Assembly (NCBI GenBank): GCA_945861715.1
Contig: CAMAVK010000002.1
Location: forward strand, 10,440-74,439
From: Candidatus Woesearchaeota archaeon
GTDB taxonomy: Archaea > Nanobdellota > Nanobdellia > Woesearchaeales > GW2011-AR9
Reading direction: 5' to 3'
Length of the DNA stretch: 64,000 nt
Below, one piece after another: positions 20,410 to 29,790 of the stretch; the first letter of the stretch is position 1; the number at the start of each line of letters is the position of its first letter. A model generated the notes under the pieces. That model was not told where the DNA came from. It saw nothing but the letters and a program-made list of their open reading frames with translations, and did not search any database. Made by a program: the position numbers and the translations under genes.

Positions 20410-20934
20410 TTGGTAATGCACTCAACTGTTTTATGTGTTGGAAGTCGTTCTTTTGAACGTGAGGCGTTAGGTCTTGATTTGGAGTATCAACTCATTTCAC
20501 AGTCAACGTATAGGGGAGTTGAAGGTTATTTATCTGTTCCTTTGCAACGGGATAGTGTTGATTTGCTTCTTACGCGGTTTGGATTGGATAATTCAAATGG
20601 TAAAGATTTTATTGATCAAACGTCCTCGGGTTTAGCTGTTATTTCTCGCGCTCGTAGTTTGGGTTACACAAAGCCGATTTTGCTTGTTGAACATAGTGTA
20701 AGTGTAGGTTTACTTCGTAAAGTTCGGGAGTTGGGGGGAACTGGATGTATTGAAAATCCATTTCCTGTTCGATATCACGCTGTATGGGATGAACTTGTGC
20801 ATGGAGGGATTTCACCTACCCTAGATACTTATTTTTCTCAATCAGATTTTTTTATTGATCATGAAGCAAATATGATCAAACGACTTGATGCGGAACGGCA
20901 TACGTGGAGAAAGTCTCGAGGATTTACATTGTGA
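20410..20934 (+). CDS. hypothetical protein (174 aa)
   Basis: ORF only. Possibly a degenerate receiver-like fold, but this is unsupported. Confidence 0.35.
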   Translation: MVMHSTVLCVGSRSFEREALGLDLEYQLISQSTYRGVEGYLSVPLQRDSVDLLLTRFGLDNSNGKDFIDQTSSGLAVISRARSLGYTKPILLVEHSVSVGLLRKVRELGGTGCIENPFPVRYHAVWDELVHGGISPTLDTYFSQSDFFIDHEANMIKRLDAERHTWRKSRGFTL

Positions 20935-20945
20935 TCAGAGATGTC

Positions 20946-21160
20946 AAAAAAACCGCCCACCACTTGTGATCGCCTGCGTGCAAGCAACGTCACTTTGTTC
21001 CGGGGTTGCTTGTTAGCAACCTTCGCTCGGGGCGGTTTTTCGACACAAGAAAGGATAGTTTTCCTTTCTGTGCAGAGAATCTTCGATTTTCTTGCATTGC
21101 TTTTTCCAATCAATGTGGCACTGTTCGCCACACCACAGTCAAACACTGGTGGAAAAAGCA
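20946..21160. ncRNA. candidate structured ncRNA (GC-rich intergenic element with nested perfect hairpins)
   Basis: An 11-13-bp perfect stem AAAAAACCGCCC(20946-20958)/GGGCGGTTTTT(21029-21040) encloses the inner hairpin GGTTGCT-TGTT-AGCAACC (21004-21021). Further hairpins follow: GAAAGGA/TCCTTTC and GTGGC...GCCAC. Local GC is well above background. The overlapping 75-aa ORF was rejected. Confidence 0.3.
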
Positions 21161-21240
21161 AATTTTAATTTGTTTTTTCACCTATAGTTATATTAAGAAG
21201 AACGTGTTTGTTTGAGATAATTCGATTTTTTTCTTGAGTT

Positions 21241-21663
21241 GTGTTAGTGCAACAAGATTTTGAGATATATATGGTTACAAAGCGACAGAAGTTATTGGAC
21301 CTTGAAGAGTGGGCAATTGATATTAACCGTAGGAATGTTCTTGTGCTTGTTGAAGGTCCAATGGATGAACAAGCGCTTCAAACTGTTGGTGTGTCTCGAG
21401 TTATGGGGCTTAATAAGCGGCCATTGTATGAGGTTGTTGAGGAAGTGAGTGCGTTAGAGCTTGATGTTGCAATTCTTACTGATTTGGATACTGAAGGAGA
21501 TAAGTTGTTGATTGCCCTTCGTCGGGATTTGATTGCGTTAGGTGTTCATGTAAATGTGACTCATAGGGAATGGTTGCGAGTTAATACTACTGTTCGTCAA
21601 GTTGAAGATTTGAGAGGATATTTTGAAAAATTGAAAGGAACTGTTTTTGGACCTGAGATTTGA
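21241..21663 (+). CDS. small standalone Toprim-domain protein
   Basis: VLVLVEGPMDEQAL (conserved Glu) and ILTDLDTEGDKL (DxD...G) match the Toprim catalytic motifs. No other domain is present at 140 aa. Confidence 0.55.
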   Translation: MLVQQDFEIYMVTKRQKLLDLEEWAIDINRRNVLVLVEGPMDEQALQTVGVSRVMGLNKRPLYEVVEEVSALELDVAILTDLDTEGDKLLIALRRDLIALGVHVNVTHREWLRVNTTVRQVEDLRGYFEKLKGTVFGPEI

Positions 21664-21693
21664 GTGTAGATTTGAAAAGTTTTATATTCTGTT

Positions 21694-23637
21694 TTGTTTA
21701 TTCTCATTGTGATGATGTTTTTTCGAAGACGCAATAAACTTGTTCAAGAAGATGTTCAAACAGTTATCAAGTGGGTGATTGCAGAAGATGTTTATCTTTC
21801 TAAATTGACGCAGCAATTGAGTCTTTTACTTGAGTCTGTTATCAAACAGGCTACTTCGCTTCGTGGTGTTAAAGGGGCTGTACAAAAGGTGGGAAAGGTT
21901 GAAATTCGTTTAGATGACAATGTAAGTGATTTGTTATTTAAAATAGGTAAATTAGAGTCCCCCGTTTTTCCGGAAGGAAAACGAAAAGCAACTGATAAGT
22001 TGGTTACACGTGTGGAAGTTGAGCGTGCTACTCTTTTGCGGGATTTGAGTCGTTATACCGGTAAACTCTCTCAACTTTACAATCAATTATCTACCCAACT
22101 TGAACAACAAAAGTTCTCTGAGGTAGCGAAAACTGCACATGAGATTATTGAGCTAATAAAGACTGAACGTGAACAATGTCAAGCTCTTATTGCGGATTTG
22201 AGAGGGGTTATTGACGAAATCACTTCAACTAAATCTACGCAACGCGCTGATTTAGATAAGAATTCGAGTGGCCCTGCAAAGATGGCGTATTTGATTACTC
22301 AGATTCGTGAGATTTGTAATAGTAAAGATTTACTGCGTAAAATTAAACTTCAAAATGCTCTTGAAATGTGGGTATCGGTTATCGAAAAATATCTCAGTGA
22401 ACCCAATGAACACGCACAATACTGTATAATGGTTGCTATGGAGTTTATAGGCCAAGGGCGTTTTAAAAAAAATGTTCATGGAACACCCATGGATTTTCCT
22501 TTTTTTATTGAAAATGCTGAGTATGTTTTGAAATGGAAACAGTTTACAAAACTCAGAGTTGATGCTCATAATGAAACGGGAGCACAACATCATGCGAGAG
22601 TTGGAGTGGCTCATTTTGCGGTTATTTTAGAAATGTGTGGGTTATATGAAGCTGCGGCGATGTTGTTTTTGAAATTTATTGAGACTCATGATTTATCTAC
22701 ATTTGATGTGAATGCTGCGATGAAGGGGCTGGAAGATACATTCTCTATTACTCACTTTCTTCATTGGGCGTTTTATAAAGGAAAATGGTATGAATTTACT
22801 GGAGATCAATTACAATCTTCAAAGAAAGTGTTTCGGTGGCATGACGTGGTTCATGAATATGACCTAGCCAAAAATTTTTATCGGCAAGATGATGCAACAT
22901 TAGATTATGATCGTTGCGATAAAAAGAGTTTTACTTTTGTTTTGGAATTTTCATTGCGTGATGCATCTACTCTTATAAAATTAGATGAGAATTATTTTGT
23001 ATTCCGTTTTCTGTGGAATTATAAAGGTAAATATATGGGTCTCAACTCAAAGCAGCAAGTATGGAAAATATTGCTTACAACATGGAAACGTGTGCCCACA
23101 GTTCACCCATTAAATCTAGCGCAACTGTATGACTTAGCCGGAGATTTTGAACATGCTGCTTTGATATATGAAGAAGTGTATACTATTGATGATTCTGCGT
23201 TGGCAGCTCGTAAAATAGTAATAGTGAAAAGGTTACAACAATTTAATTCTCGTTTCTCTTTGGATTTAATTGATGGTTTGCCTCCTACTCAACAGATTAT
23301 CTTTATTCTAAATGCGGTTTCTAAGAACAAGAATGTTCTTTTACCGGAAGATTCAGTTCAGAAAAAATTAGAAGCTGAGGGTGATTATGTTAAAATTACC
23401 AAAAAGCTTGTCTCGATGGTTCAAACTATGGATGATAGTTGCTTTATTCTTTCAACTTATATGGAGCGAGATATCCCTTTTGAGTCTGTATGGAGAATAT
23501 TGGCTGTTGGGTTTGAGAGAAAAAAGCTTTATGCATCGGCGGGACATTGTTTTGTTCATCTTCAGGATTGGAAACGAGCAGCGCGAAATTTTGAACGTGT
23601 TGATCCTGAATATGCTAAATTGTTGCTCTCCGGTTAA
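21694..23637 (+). CDS. large hypothetical protein (647 aa), possibly helical-repeat/TPR-like at the C-terminus
   Basis: Long ORF immediately downstream of the Toprim gene. No nucleotide-binding motifs found. Confidence 0.45.
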   Translation: MFILIVMMFFRRRNKLVQEDVQTVIKWVIAEDVYLSKLTQQLSLLLESVIKQATSLRGVKGAVQKVGKVEIRLDDNVSDLLFKIGKLESPVFPEGKRKATDKLVTRVEVERATLLRDLSRYTGKLSQLYNQLSTQLEQQKFSEVAKTAHEIIELIKTEREQCQALIADLRGVIDEITSTKSTQRADLDKNSSGPAKMAYLITQIREICNSKDLLRKIKLQNALEMWVSVIEKYLSEPNEHAQYCIMVAMEFIGQGRFKKNVHGTPMDFPFFIENAEYVLKWKQFTKLRVDAHNETGAQHHARVGVAHFAVILEMCGLYEAAAMLFLKFIETHDLSTFDVNAAMKGLEDTFSITHFLHWAFYKGKWYEFTGDQLQSSKKVFRWHDVVHEYDLAKNFYRQDDATLDYDRCDKKSFTFVLEFSLRDASTLIKLDENYFVFRFLWNYKGKYMGLNSKQQVWKILLTTWKRVPTVHPLNLAQLYDLAGDFEHAALIYEEVYTIDDSALAARKIVIVKRLQQFNSRFSLDLIDGLPPTQQIIFILNAVSKNKNVLLPEDSVQKKLEAEGDYVKITKKLVSMVQTMDDSCFILSTYMERDIPFESVWRILAVGFERKKLYASAGHCFVHLQDWKRAARNFERVDPEYAKLLLSG

Positions 23638-24239
23638 TTTGTTGGTTGTGTGTTTTCTTTTTTTGTATATACTTCTGTTAATACATTGTTGAGATATATC
23701 ATGGCCCATGTTCTGAGTAGGAGTGCTTGAGGGAAGTGATCAATGTTGTGCTGTCTGTGGGTGTAAATTTGATGTTGTTCTCCAGGGACTTTGTATTCTG
23801 CGAGCTTTGCTTCAGTGAGATTGAGATATCTGGGGTAGGGGAATGCGTGGAATTCGTCGGTGTTATTGAAATATAAGCTGCCAAAGTTTCGTCCAATGGA
23901 TATGTATCCAGAAAATCCTCGATCGTCCTGTTGGGTGTTGTTTTCAAATGATCCGTAACGTTCGGTTTGGAATTTTTTTTTGATGAATCTTTCTGGTTTG
24001 AGGAAGGCTTGGGTTATCCACTCCTTTTCTTCTCTTTTTTCTGGTGTTGGTTCAAGTGATTTGGTGTATGCTCTGAGTTCTTTTTTCCATGCGTTTACTG
24101 CGAGATGGAAAAAGTGTTCGGCATTTGGTGTTTCAAGTTCGTGTTGGTGTTGTATTATTGATGGGTGGATAGGTACTTGAAAGCAAGAGTCCCTTATTAC
24201 TAATTCACTTGGTGTGAGGAGGAGGTTGTGGAGTTTCAT
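23634..24239 (-). CDS. hypothetical protein (201 aa), immediately downstream of mutL
   Basis: ORF 20 nt downstream of mutL on the same strand. Confidence 0.4.
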   Translation of the reverse strand: MKLHNLLLTPSELVIRDSCFQVPIHPSIIQHQHELETPNAEHFFHLAVNAWKKELRAYTKSLEPTPEKREEKEWITQAFLKPERFIKKKFQTERYGSFENNTQQDDRGFSGYISIGRNFGSLYFNNTDEFHAFPYPRYLNLTEAKLAEYKVPGEQHQIYTHRQHNIDHFPQALLLRTWAMIYLNNVLTEVYTKKENTQPTN

Positions 24240-24258
24240 TTTTTGTCTTTGAGTTATT

Positions 24259-26127
24259 TTATCCTTTTCGTTTGAATTTTTTCTCCAATTCGTCTGCTCC
24301 GATTTTAATTATGGATGGTCTCCCATGTGGGCAGGTGAATGGGAAGTCACATTGTCTTAGTTCTGTAAGTATTTTTTCAAATTGTGGTTGAGTTACATTG
24401 TCACCCGCTTTAATCGCAGCACGGCACGCCATTCTGGTGATTATTTCTTCTTCGGTTTGCGATATTTTGTTTTGCCCTGCTTGGCTTAGTGATTCGAGAA
24501 GTTCCTGAATGAGTTCTTTTGGCTGTGCGCGCTCGAATACGAATGGGATTGAGCGGATGGTGTAGGTTGTTGGACCAATTTGGTCGAGGTCGAATCCCAT
24601 CTGCGAGAGATGATTTTTTTGTTCTTGTAAGATACTGTTTTGAGCTGGTGACACTGATATGTTTGCTGGGATTATGAGAATTTGAGTTTTGATGTTTTTG
24701 TGTTGTTTTTCGCTCATGAATTTATCATACATAACTCGTTCATGTACAGCGTGTTGGTCCAGAATGAACATCCCACCTTGTGTTTCGGCGATCCAGAATG
24801 TTTTGTGTATTTGCCCGAGAATTTTGAATAGGGGGAGAGTGTTTTTTTCAGGTATTACCAACGGGGTGGTTGATGGAGTGATAGTTGAAGTAGGATTAAT
24901 GTTCGTTTCTATGCCGTTGTTGATTTGTTCAAGAGGAGTGATATTGTTTGAGGAGTAGATTGCAATGGATTCCGCATTTGATATGGTACGAGGAGGTGTG
25001 GTGCTGTAGATTTCAATGTGATCCTGTGAATTAAGTTCAGTTGGTAATATTTGTTGTGTTGTTGTTTCAAATTGATACTTTGTCTTTAGTGTTTTTGTAG
25101 TAGGTGAGTGGGCTTGAATTTGAACTTCAGGGATATTGTCGTTCTGCTCTAGTGCATTTGAAATAGTTTGCGTGAGTAAGGTGAGGAGTTCTTGTTGGTT
25201 TTCGATTTTGACTTCGGTTTTTTGTGGATGAACGTTGACATCAATTGTTAAAGGGTCCGCTTCGATTATGCAGGTGAAGATCGGATGTTTTCCTACAAAT
25301 AGTCTGGCATGGTAGCCTTCGTAGATTGCTTTGGTTATTTCTTGGTTTTTGATGATACGATTATTTAGAAATATTGTTTGCATATCCTTTCCATTACGGC
25401 AATAGTATGGTGTTGATATAAACCCTTTAATTTTCCAAGTTTTTGTTTCACTTATTATTTCTATTACATTATCGGAAACTTCACTGTTGTACACTTGAGC
25501 GATACGTGATTTGAGGTTTTCTGTTTGCGGGGCATTAATTGTTTCATGGTTGTCATGTTCTAATTTGATTGAAATTTCTGGATGGAGTAGGGAGTAGTTC
25601 GTTACGGTGTCAATGATGTGACTCATTTCAACTGCGTTTGTTTTGAGGAATTTTTTTCGTGCGGGTGTGTTAAAGAATAGGTTGTGGACTTCAATGGTTG
25701 TTCCGATGTTATGGGGGGCCGTTGTTTCTTTAATAATTAATCCGCCTCTTGCTTCTAACTTGATTGCTTTTGGTTCATCATTGTTTTTTGTGATGAGGAT
25801 GAGCTCGGATACGGCTGCGATACTGGCTAGTGCTTCTCCTCGAAAACCTAAAGTATGAAGTTGGTAGAGGTCGGTAAATTGTGCGATTTTACTGGTTGCG
25901 TGTCTGAGAAGTGATGTACGAGCATCTTCATGGGACATGCCCGTTCCGTTGTCGGTTATTTTTATGAGGTCTTTTCCAGTGTTTTTGATTACAATATGAA
26001 TGGAGGTTGCTTTTGCATCAATGGCATTTTCGAGAAGTTCCTTTACAATTGATGCTGGACGGTCTACTACTTCACCCGCGGCGATTTTATTGATTAGTTC
26101 TTCTGGTAGAAGATGAATTTTTCCCAT
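24259..26127 (-). CDS. mutL: DNA mismatch repair protein MutL (endonuclease-proficient type)
   Basis: GHKL ATPase N-terminus (ELLENAIDA, DNGTGM). C-terminal domain with the DQHAVHERVMYDKF endonuclease motif and FTCPHGRPSII zinc motif. Confidence 0.9.
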   Translation of the reverse strand: MGKIHLLPEELINKIAAGEVVDRPASIVKELLENAIDAKATSIHIVIKNTGKDLIKITDNGTGMSHEDARTSLLRHATSKIAQFTDLYQLHTLGFRGEALASIAAVSELILITKNNDEPKAIKLEARGGLIIKETTAPHNIGTTIEVHNLFFNTPARKKFLKTNAVEMSHIIDTVTNYSLLHPEISIKLEHDNHETINAPQTENLKSRIAQVYNSEVSDNVIEIISETKTWKIKGFISTPYYCRNGKDMQTIFLNNRIIKNQEITKAIYEGYHARLFVGKHPIFTCIIEADPLTIDVNVHPQKTEVKIENQQELLTLLTQTISNALEQNDNIPEVQIQAHSPTTKTLKTKYQFETTTQQILPTELNSQDHIEIYSTTPPRTISNAESIAIYSSNNITPLEQINNGIETNINPTSTITPSTTPLVIPEKNTLPLFKILGQIHKTFWIAETQGGMFILDQHAVHERVMYDKFMSEKQHKNIKTQILIIPANISVSPAQNSILQEQKNHLSQMGFDLDQIGPTTYTIRSIPFVFERAQPKELIQELLESLSQAGQNKISQTEEEIITRMACRAAIKAGDNVTQPQFEKILTELRQCDFPFTCPHGRPSIIKIGADELEKKFKRKG

Positions 26128-26249
26128 GCAAGGAGATTTGGTAGGGGGAGTTTTTATGGATTATGGTTGGGAAGGGGTGGTGTTTTTAGATTGTGTTGCT
26201 TGATGTTATTGGTTGCTTGTTGGTTTTTGCTGTCGTTGGATAGATAAGT

Positions 26250-26885
26250 TTATGGTATCTGTTTTGGAAAAATTATTCCTGCCCCATCGGTAAAATATTG
26301 TCCATTATACAGCAAGGGACAATTTGACCATAATGATTCATGAGTTTCTGAGGGGGTGATGGTTTTTAATTGTTGTCCATATGTTCTTTCAGCGCTCTCA
26401 ATTGCGTATACATAATCTGCAAGACTGGTATTTTGATCAAGTCTTTTTTCTGTGGTGATACAATCTTCATCACTTATGGGGAATTGGGGTATATTTAGCT
26501 CCTGTATTCTTTGATTCCAACGTTTGTTAAGCCCGGCCGGACCCGAGTGCAGCATTTGTATGTATCCTTGATAATCAATAGTATTTGGGGTTACAAATCC
26601 ATAGATTAGCATTTCGTCATATATGGTTCCATCTTGTGTGGGTAACTTGGTTTCTGGTGGGAGATACTTTAGTAGTAGACTGGCCTTTCCACGTGCTCCT
26701 CGATGAAAATTGCCATTTAATAGCCGAGATAAATAATCTGCTGCTCGGGTAGAGTATCGCGAGTCTTGTTTTGCCTCAACTTGATTTTCAAATTCGGTAA
26801 TGAGTTGTGTTGTATATAATTTTAAGAGAGATTGTAGAGGTTCATCAATTTGTGTGAAATTTTTAGGTACTAGTTTGATTATCAT
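26250..26885 (-). CDS. hypothetical protein (211 aa)
   Basis: ORF co-directional with and upstream of mutL. Confidence 0.4.
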   Translation of the reverse strand: MIIKLVPKNFTQIDEPLQSLLKLYTTQLITEFENQVEAKQDSRYSTRAADYLSRLLNGNFHRGARGKASLLLKYLPPETKLPTQDGTIYDEMLIYGFVTPNTIDYQGYIQMLHSGPAGLNKRWNQRIQELNIPQFPISDEDCITTEKRLDQNTSLADYVYAIESAERTYGQQLKTITPSETHESLWSNCPLLYNGQYFTDGAGIIFPKQIP

Positions 26886-26902
26886 TGTTGATTATTGAAG
26901 TT

Positions 26903-27883
26903 TTATTGAAATCGATTCTTTGTGCCCTCTTTTAGGGCTTGGATTGCTTCTGCGCGTGATAATCGTGCTATACCCCATCCTCCATTTTTTCTAAATTGAT
27001 TTATTAGGTGTGCTGCTAGGATTTGTTCTTCTCCCCAACGGGGAAATTTTGGAATTGTCCCGTTTGTTATTGAATTATATCGAGTTTGGTTTATTTCAAT
27101 TCCTGCATCTGATAATTTGTACACGCTGTGAGCACTATTATCTCCAGGTTCTTCTGTTATTCTTGGCGCTGCTACGAGACCGTACATAATTCCAAGTTCA
27201 CCGGGGTGTGTTTTCATTGTAAGGTATCCTTTTTGATTTGGATTAAACCCACTCCTTATTTTTTTCGCCAATGCAAGATCTTCAGTATTCACTACTTCAA
27301 TACTGTTGTCTGGGTTTTTAGAGGAACATACTACAGCATTGAGCATATGATCTACAAGACCAGGTGCTCTGATGATTTCTATTCCTTTAAAACTATTTAT
27401 AATAGGGGTGTAATCGTTGTCCGTTACTTCGATAACTCGTGCAACGAGGATGTCTGTATGTGAGAATTGTGTTGTGTAACCACCTCCTTGAATGGAGGGT
27501 TCTAAATTTATGTGAACGAATCCTTGCTTATAATCAGATTCAATGATAAGTGGATTGTAGGTTTGTGCGTTACCTCCAAAATTTGCTCTGTAGGGTAAAT
27601 GTAAGATGAGTGATGTAGGAGTTGTTTTATAATCTGGATTTACTTGGGCAATTAGATCCCTTACATATCCAATTGGTTCATTGTTATTGAGTGGTGCTAA
27701 TACTACTTCTAGTGCATTTTCTTTTGTATCAGGGTTTAGAAGTACTTCTTCGAAAGTTTTTTCTGGTGAGTACGATTTAATAGGGGCAATCATTCGTTGT
27801 GTATGGGCCATGCCAAGGCGGAATGCTAAATCTCGGTTTACTTGTTCGGTTAATGTTTGAGAAAACCTTGTAATGGATGTCAT
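26903..27883 (-). CDS. hypothetical protein (326 aa)
   Basis: ORF co-directional with and upstream of mutL, 17 nt from the next ORF. Confidence 0.4.
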   Translation of the reverse strand: MTSITRFSQTLTEQVNRDLAFRLGMAHTQRMIAPIKSYSPEKTFEEVLLNPDTKENALEVVLAPLNNNEPIGYVRDLIAQVNPDYKTTPTSLILHLPYRANFGGNAQTYNPLIIESDYKQGFVHINLEPSIQGGGYTTQFSHTDILVARVIEVTDNDYTPIINSFKGIEIIRAPGLVDHMLNAVVCSSKNPDNSIEVVNTEDLALAKKIRSGFNPNQKGYLTMKTHPGELGIMYGLVAAPRITEEPGDNSAHSVYKLSDAGIEINQTRYNSITNGTIPKFPRWGEEQILAAHLINQFRKNGGWGIARLSRAEAIQALKEGTKNRFQ

Positions 27884-27977
27884 ATCCTATTTATTGAAAG
27901 GGGATTTATAAACCTTTTGTCACTGTTTAGTACTCCATTAATTTGTTGATATTAGGTTCATTTGATTGAAAATAATG

Positions 27978-29681
27978 TCAGAATAATGTCCTTTGTGATG
28001 TTGTGTTGCTTTTTGGGGTTGTATTTTCTTTTGCTTTCTTTTTGGAGCTCGTTTGGTTGTTTGAATTTGTGGGGGTTATTTTTTCACCGAGTTGGCCTTT
28101 GATATCGATTGCCACGGCTTCGCCTAAAATTTGTTTTAGAGATTCGTATGGCATTGTTTTTATGATGTTTAGGTTGGTTATTTTATGATTGAATAGTTTT
28201 CGTGCTCGTACTCGTCCGATGTTTTTTAGTTTGAGAAGTTCAAGTATTTCTTCTTTGACTCCATAATCAATTCTGGTGTGGAGTTTCATGAGTTCTCGTG
28301 CAATATGGGATCGTTTTTCGATGTTTGCAAGTTCCGCAGCTGAGGATATAAGCCAAAGGGCTGTGTCTTTTTTTGCATAGATTTCGCCTGGTTTGATGTC
28401 GTATTTTTCTAAAAGGAAATCTTCATCTTTTTCATCTATCCAATCTTGAAAGAACATGGTGGTTTTAATGGAGGACATAAATTCTCCATATTCTGGGTCG
28501 TAGACGTTTGGTTCTGTTTCAAGGATTTGACCGTATCTTTTGTTTAGTTCTTCTTGAATAAGATCATGGTCTTTTACTTTCATGGTAAGGAGGGGACGGA
28601 TTTCTAATGTATGACAAGCCATTTGGAGAAGTGAGAATGAGGTCATGGTTTGTGTCGCGTTATTATCTCTTAGTTGTTCATTGTTTGTTCCATCGTATTT
28701 TTTCATGCAATCAAGGAAATGTCTTGCGGTGAGTGGATCGAGATAGAGTTGAGATACTCTCTTTCCAATAAGTGTTGCCCGTAGGAGTTTAGTTTGATTC
28801 GTTGGTTTGCGTTCTTCTGTTTTGTTTTTCTTTGAAGTGATGAGATCGAGAGCTGAGGTAAATATGGCCGCTTTGATTTTTGAAGTTTCTTTCGTATTTT
28901 TTTCTGTTGAGGTGTACTCTTCGGTTGGAGATTGTCCAATGATAATGAATCCCCACTCTTGGAGCAGGTTGCTCATCTTGTTTAGAATTTGAATTAATCT
29001 TGGGAGGTCTTTGTATTGGTGGGCCCAGAATGTTTTTTTGAAAAATTCTTGCATGCTGTCTTCGTCTTTGATGACACCTGAAGAGATGAGAGCGAGAAGG
29101 TATGTTCTAAGTACTGGTTCGACAGCGAGTTTGGAGTAAAGATCTTCTGGGACTCCGCAGATGTAGCGTTCATAGATTTCATCTTTTTCTTTGTGATCTT
29201 TAGCTATGGTGATTGCTTGTCCTACTTTTTCATATTCTGGACGTCCAGCACGTCCTGCCATTTGCATGTATTCTAATACCGGAATCCAATCCATGCCCCA
29301 ACCACCACTGTAGCGTTTGAGGGATTTAATGATGACACGGTACGCAGGCATGGAGAGACCGGCAGCTAAAGTAGGGGTAGCACAAATAACTTTTATTTTA
29401 CCGGTTCGAAAATTTGTTTCGATGATATCACGTTGTTTTGGTAGAAGTCCTGCATGATGAAAGGCGATGCCTTTTTTTAGGCAGTGGGAGAGTCTACGAC
29501 ATTGTTTAGTTGGATGTGTTGCAGCATCAAGAACATCATGCTCAAGGTCAGTTTGGTTGATTTGAGTGTGTTTTGCGATGTCTTCAGCGGTTTTTTCAGC
29601 GGATGCTCTACTGGGGGCAAATATGATTGCTTGCTTTCCCATTTCAATGGTTTGAAGAGCAAGAGTTAGAGTATCATCAAG
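27978..29681 (-). CDS. Hel308/Ski2-like helicase, C-terminal portion only (RecA2, winged helix, ratchet, HhH); the RecA1 motor domain is absent
   Basis: QAIIFAPSRASAEKTA (start of RecA2), HHAGLLPKQRDIIETNFRTGKIKVICATPTLAAGLSMPA (motifs V/Va) and QMAGRAGRP (motif VI), followed by long helical ratchet/HhH-like regions. No Walker A/DEAH region is present. The ORF's upstream limit abuts the stop of the neighbouring gene. Confidence 0.65.
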   Translation of the reverse strand, partial: LDDTLTLALQTIEMGKQAIIFAPSRASAEKTAEDIAKHTQINQTDLEHDVLDAATHPTKQCRRLSHCLKKGIAFHHAGLLPKQRDIIETNFRTGKIKVICATPTLAAGLSMPAYRVIIKSLKRYSGGWGMDWIPVLEYMQMAGRAGRPEYEKVGQAITIAKDHKEKDEIYERYICGVPEDLYSKLAVEPVLRTYLLALISSGVIKDEDSMQEFFKKTFWAHQYKDLPRLIQILNKMSNLLQEWGFIIIGQSPTEEYTSTEKNTKETSKIKAAIFTSALDLITSKKNKTEERKPTNQTKLLRATLIGKRVSQLYLDPLTARHFLDCMKKYDGTNNEQLRDNNATQTMTSFSLLQMACHTLEIRPLLTMKVKDHDLIQEELNKRYGQILETEPNVYDPEYGEFMSSIKTTMFFQDWIDEKDEDFLLEKYDIKPGEIYAKKDTALWLISSAAELANIEKRSHIARELMKLHTRIDYGVKEEILELLKLKNIGRVRARKLFNHKITNLNIIKTMPYESLKQILGEAVAIDIKGQLGEKITPTNSNNQTSSKKKAKENTTPKSNTTSQRTLF

Positions 29682-29790
29682 CATGTGAGAAATTTGTTTT
29701 ATTGAGTATAAAAATGTTCGTGGTAAAATTATTCCAGCAAATAAAAAATATAAAAAAGGAATATTTTCCCCGCAATAATGGTTGTTACCT

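Noticed and set aside
20941-21168. 75-aa ORF across the GC-rich structured element
   Set aside because: Composition (Arg/Cys/Phe-rich) and perfect long-range stems indicate RNA or DNA structure rather than coding.
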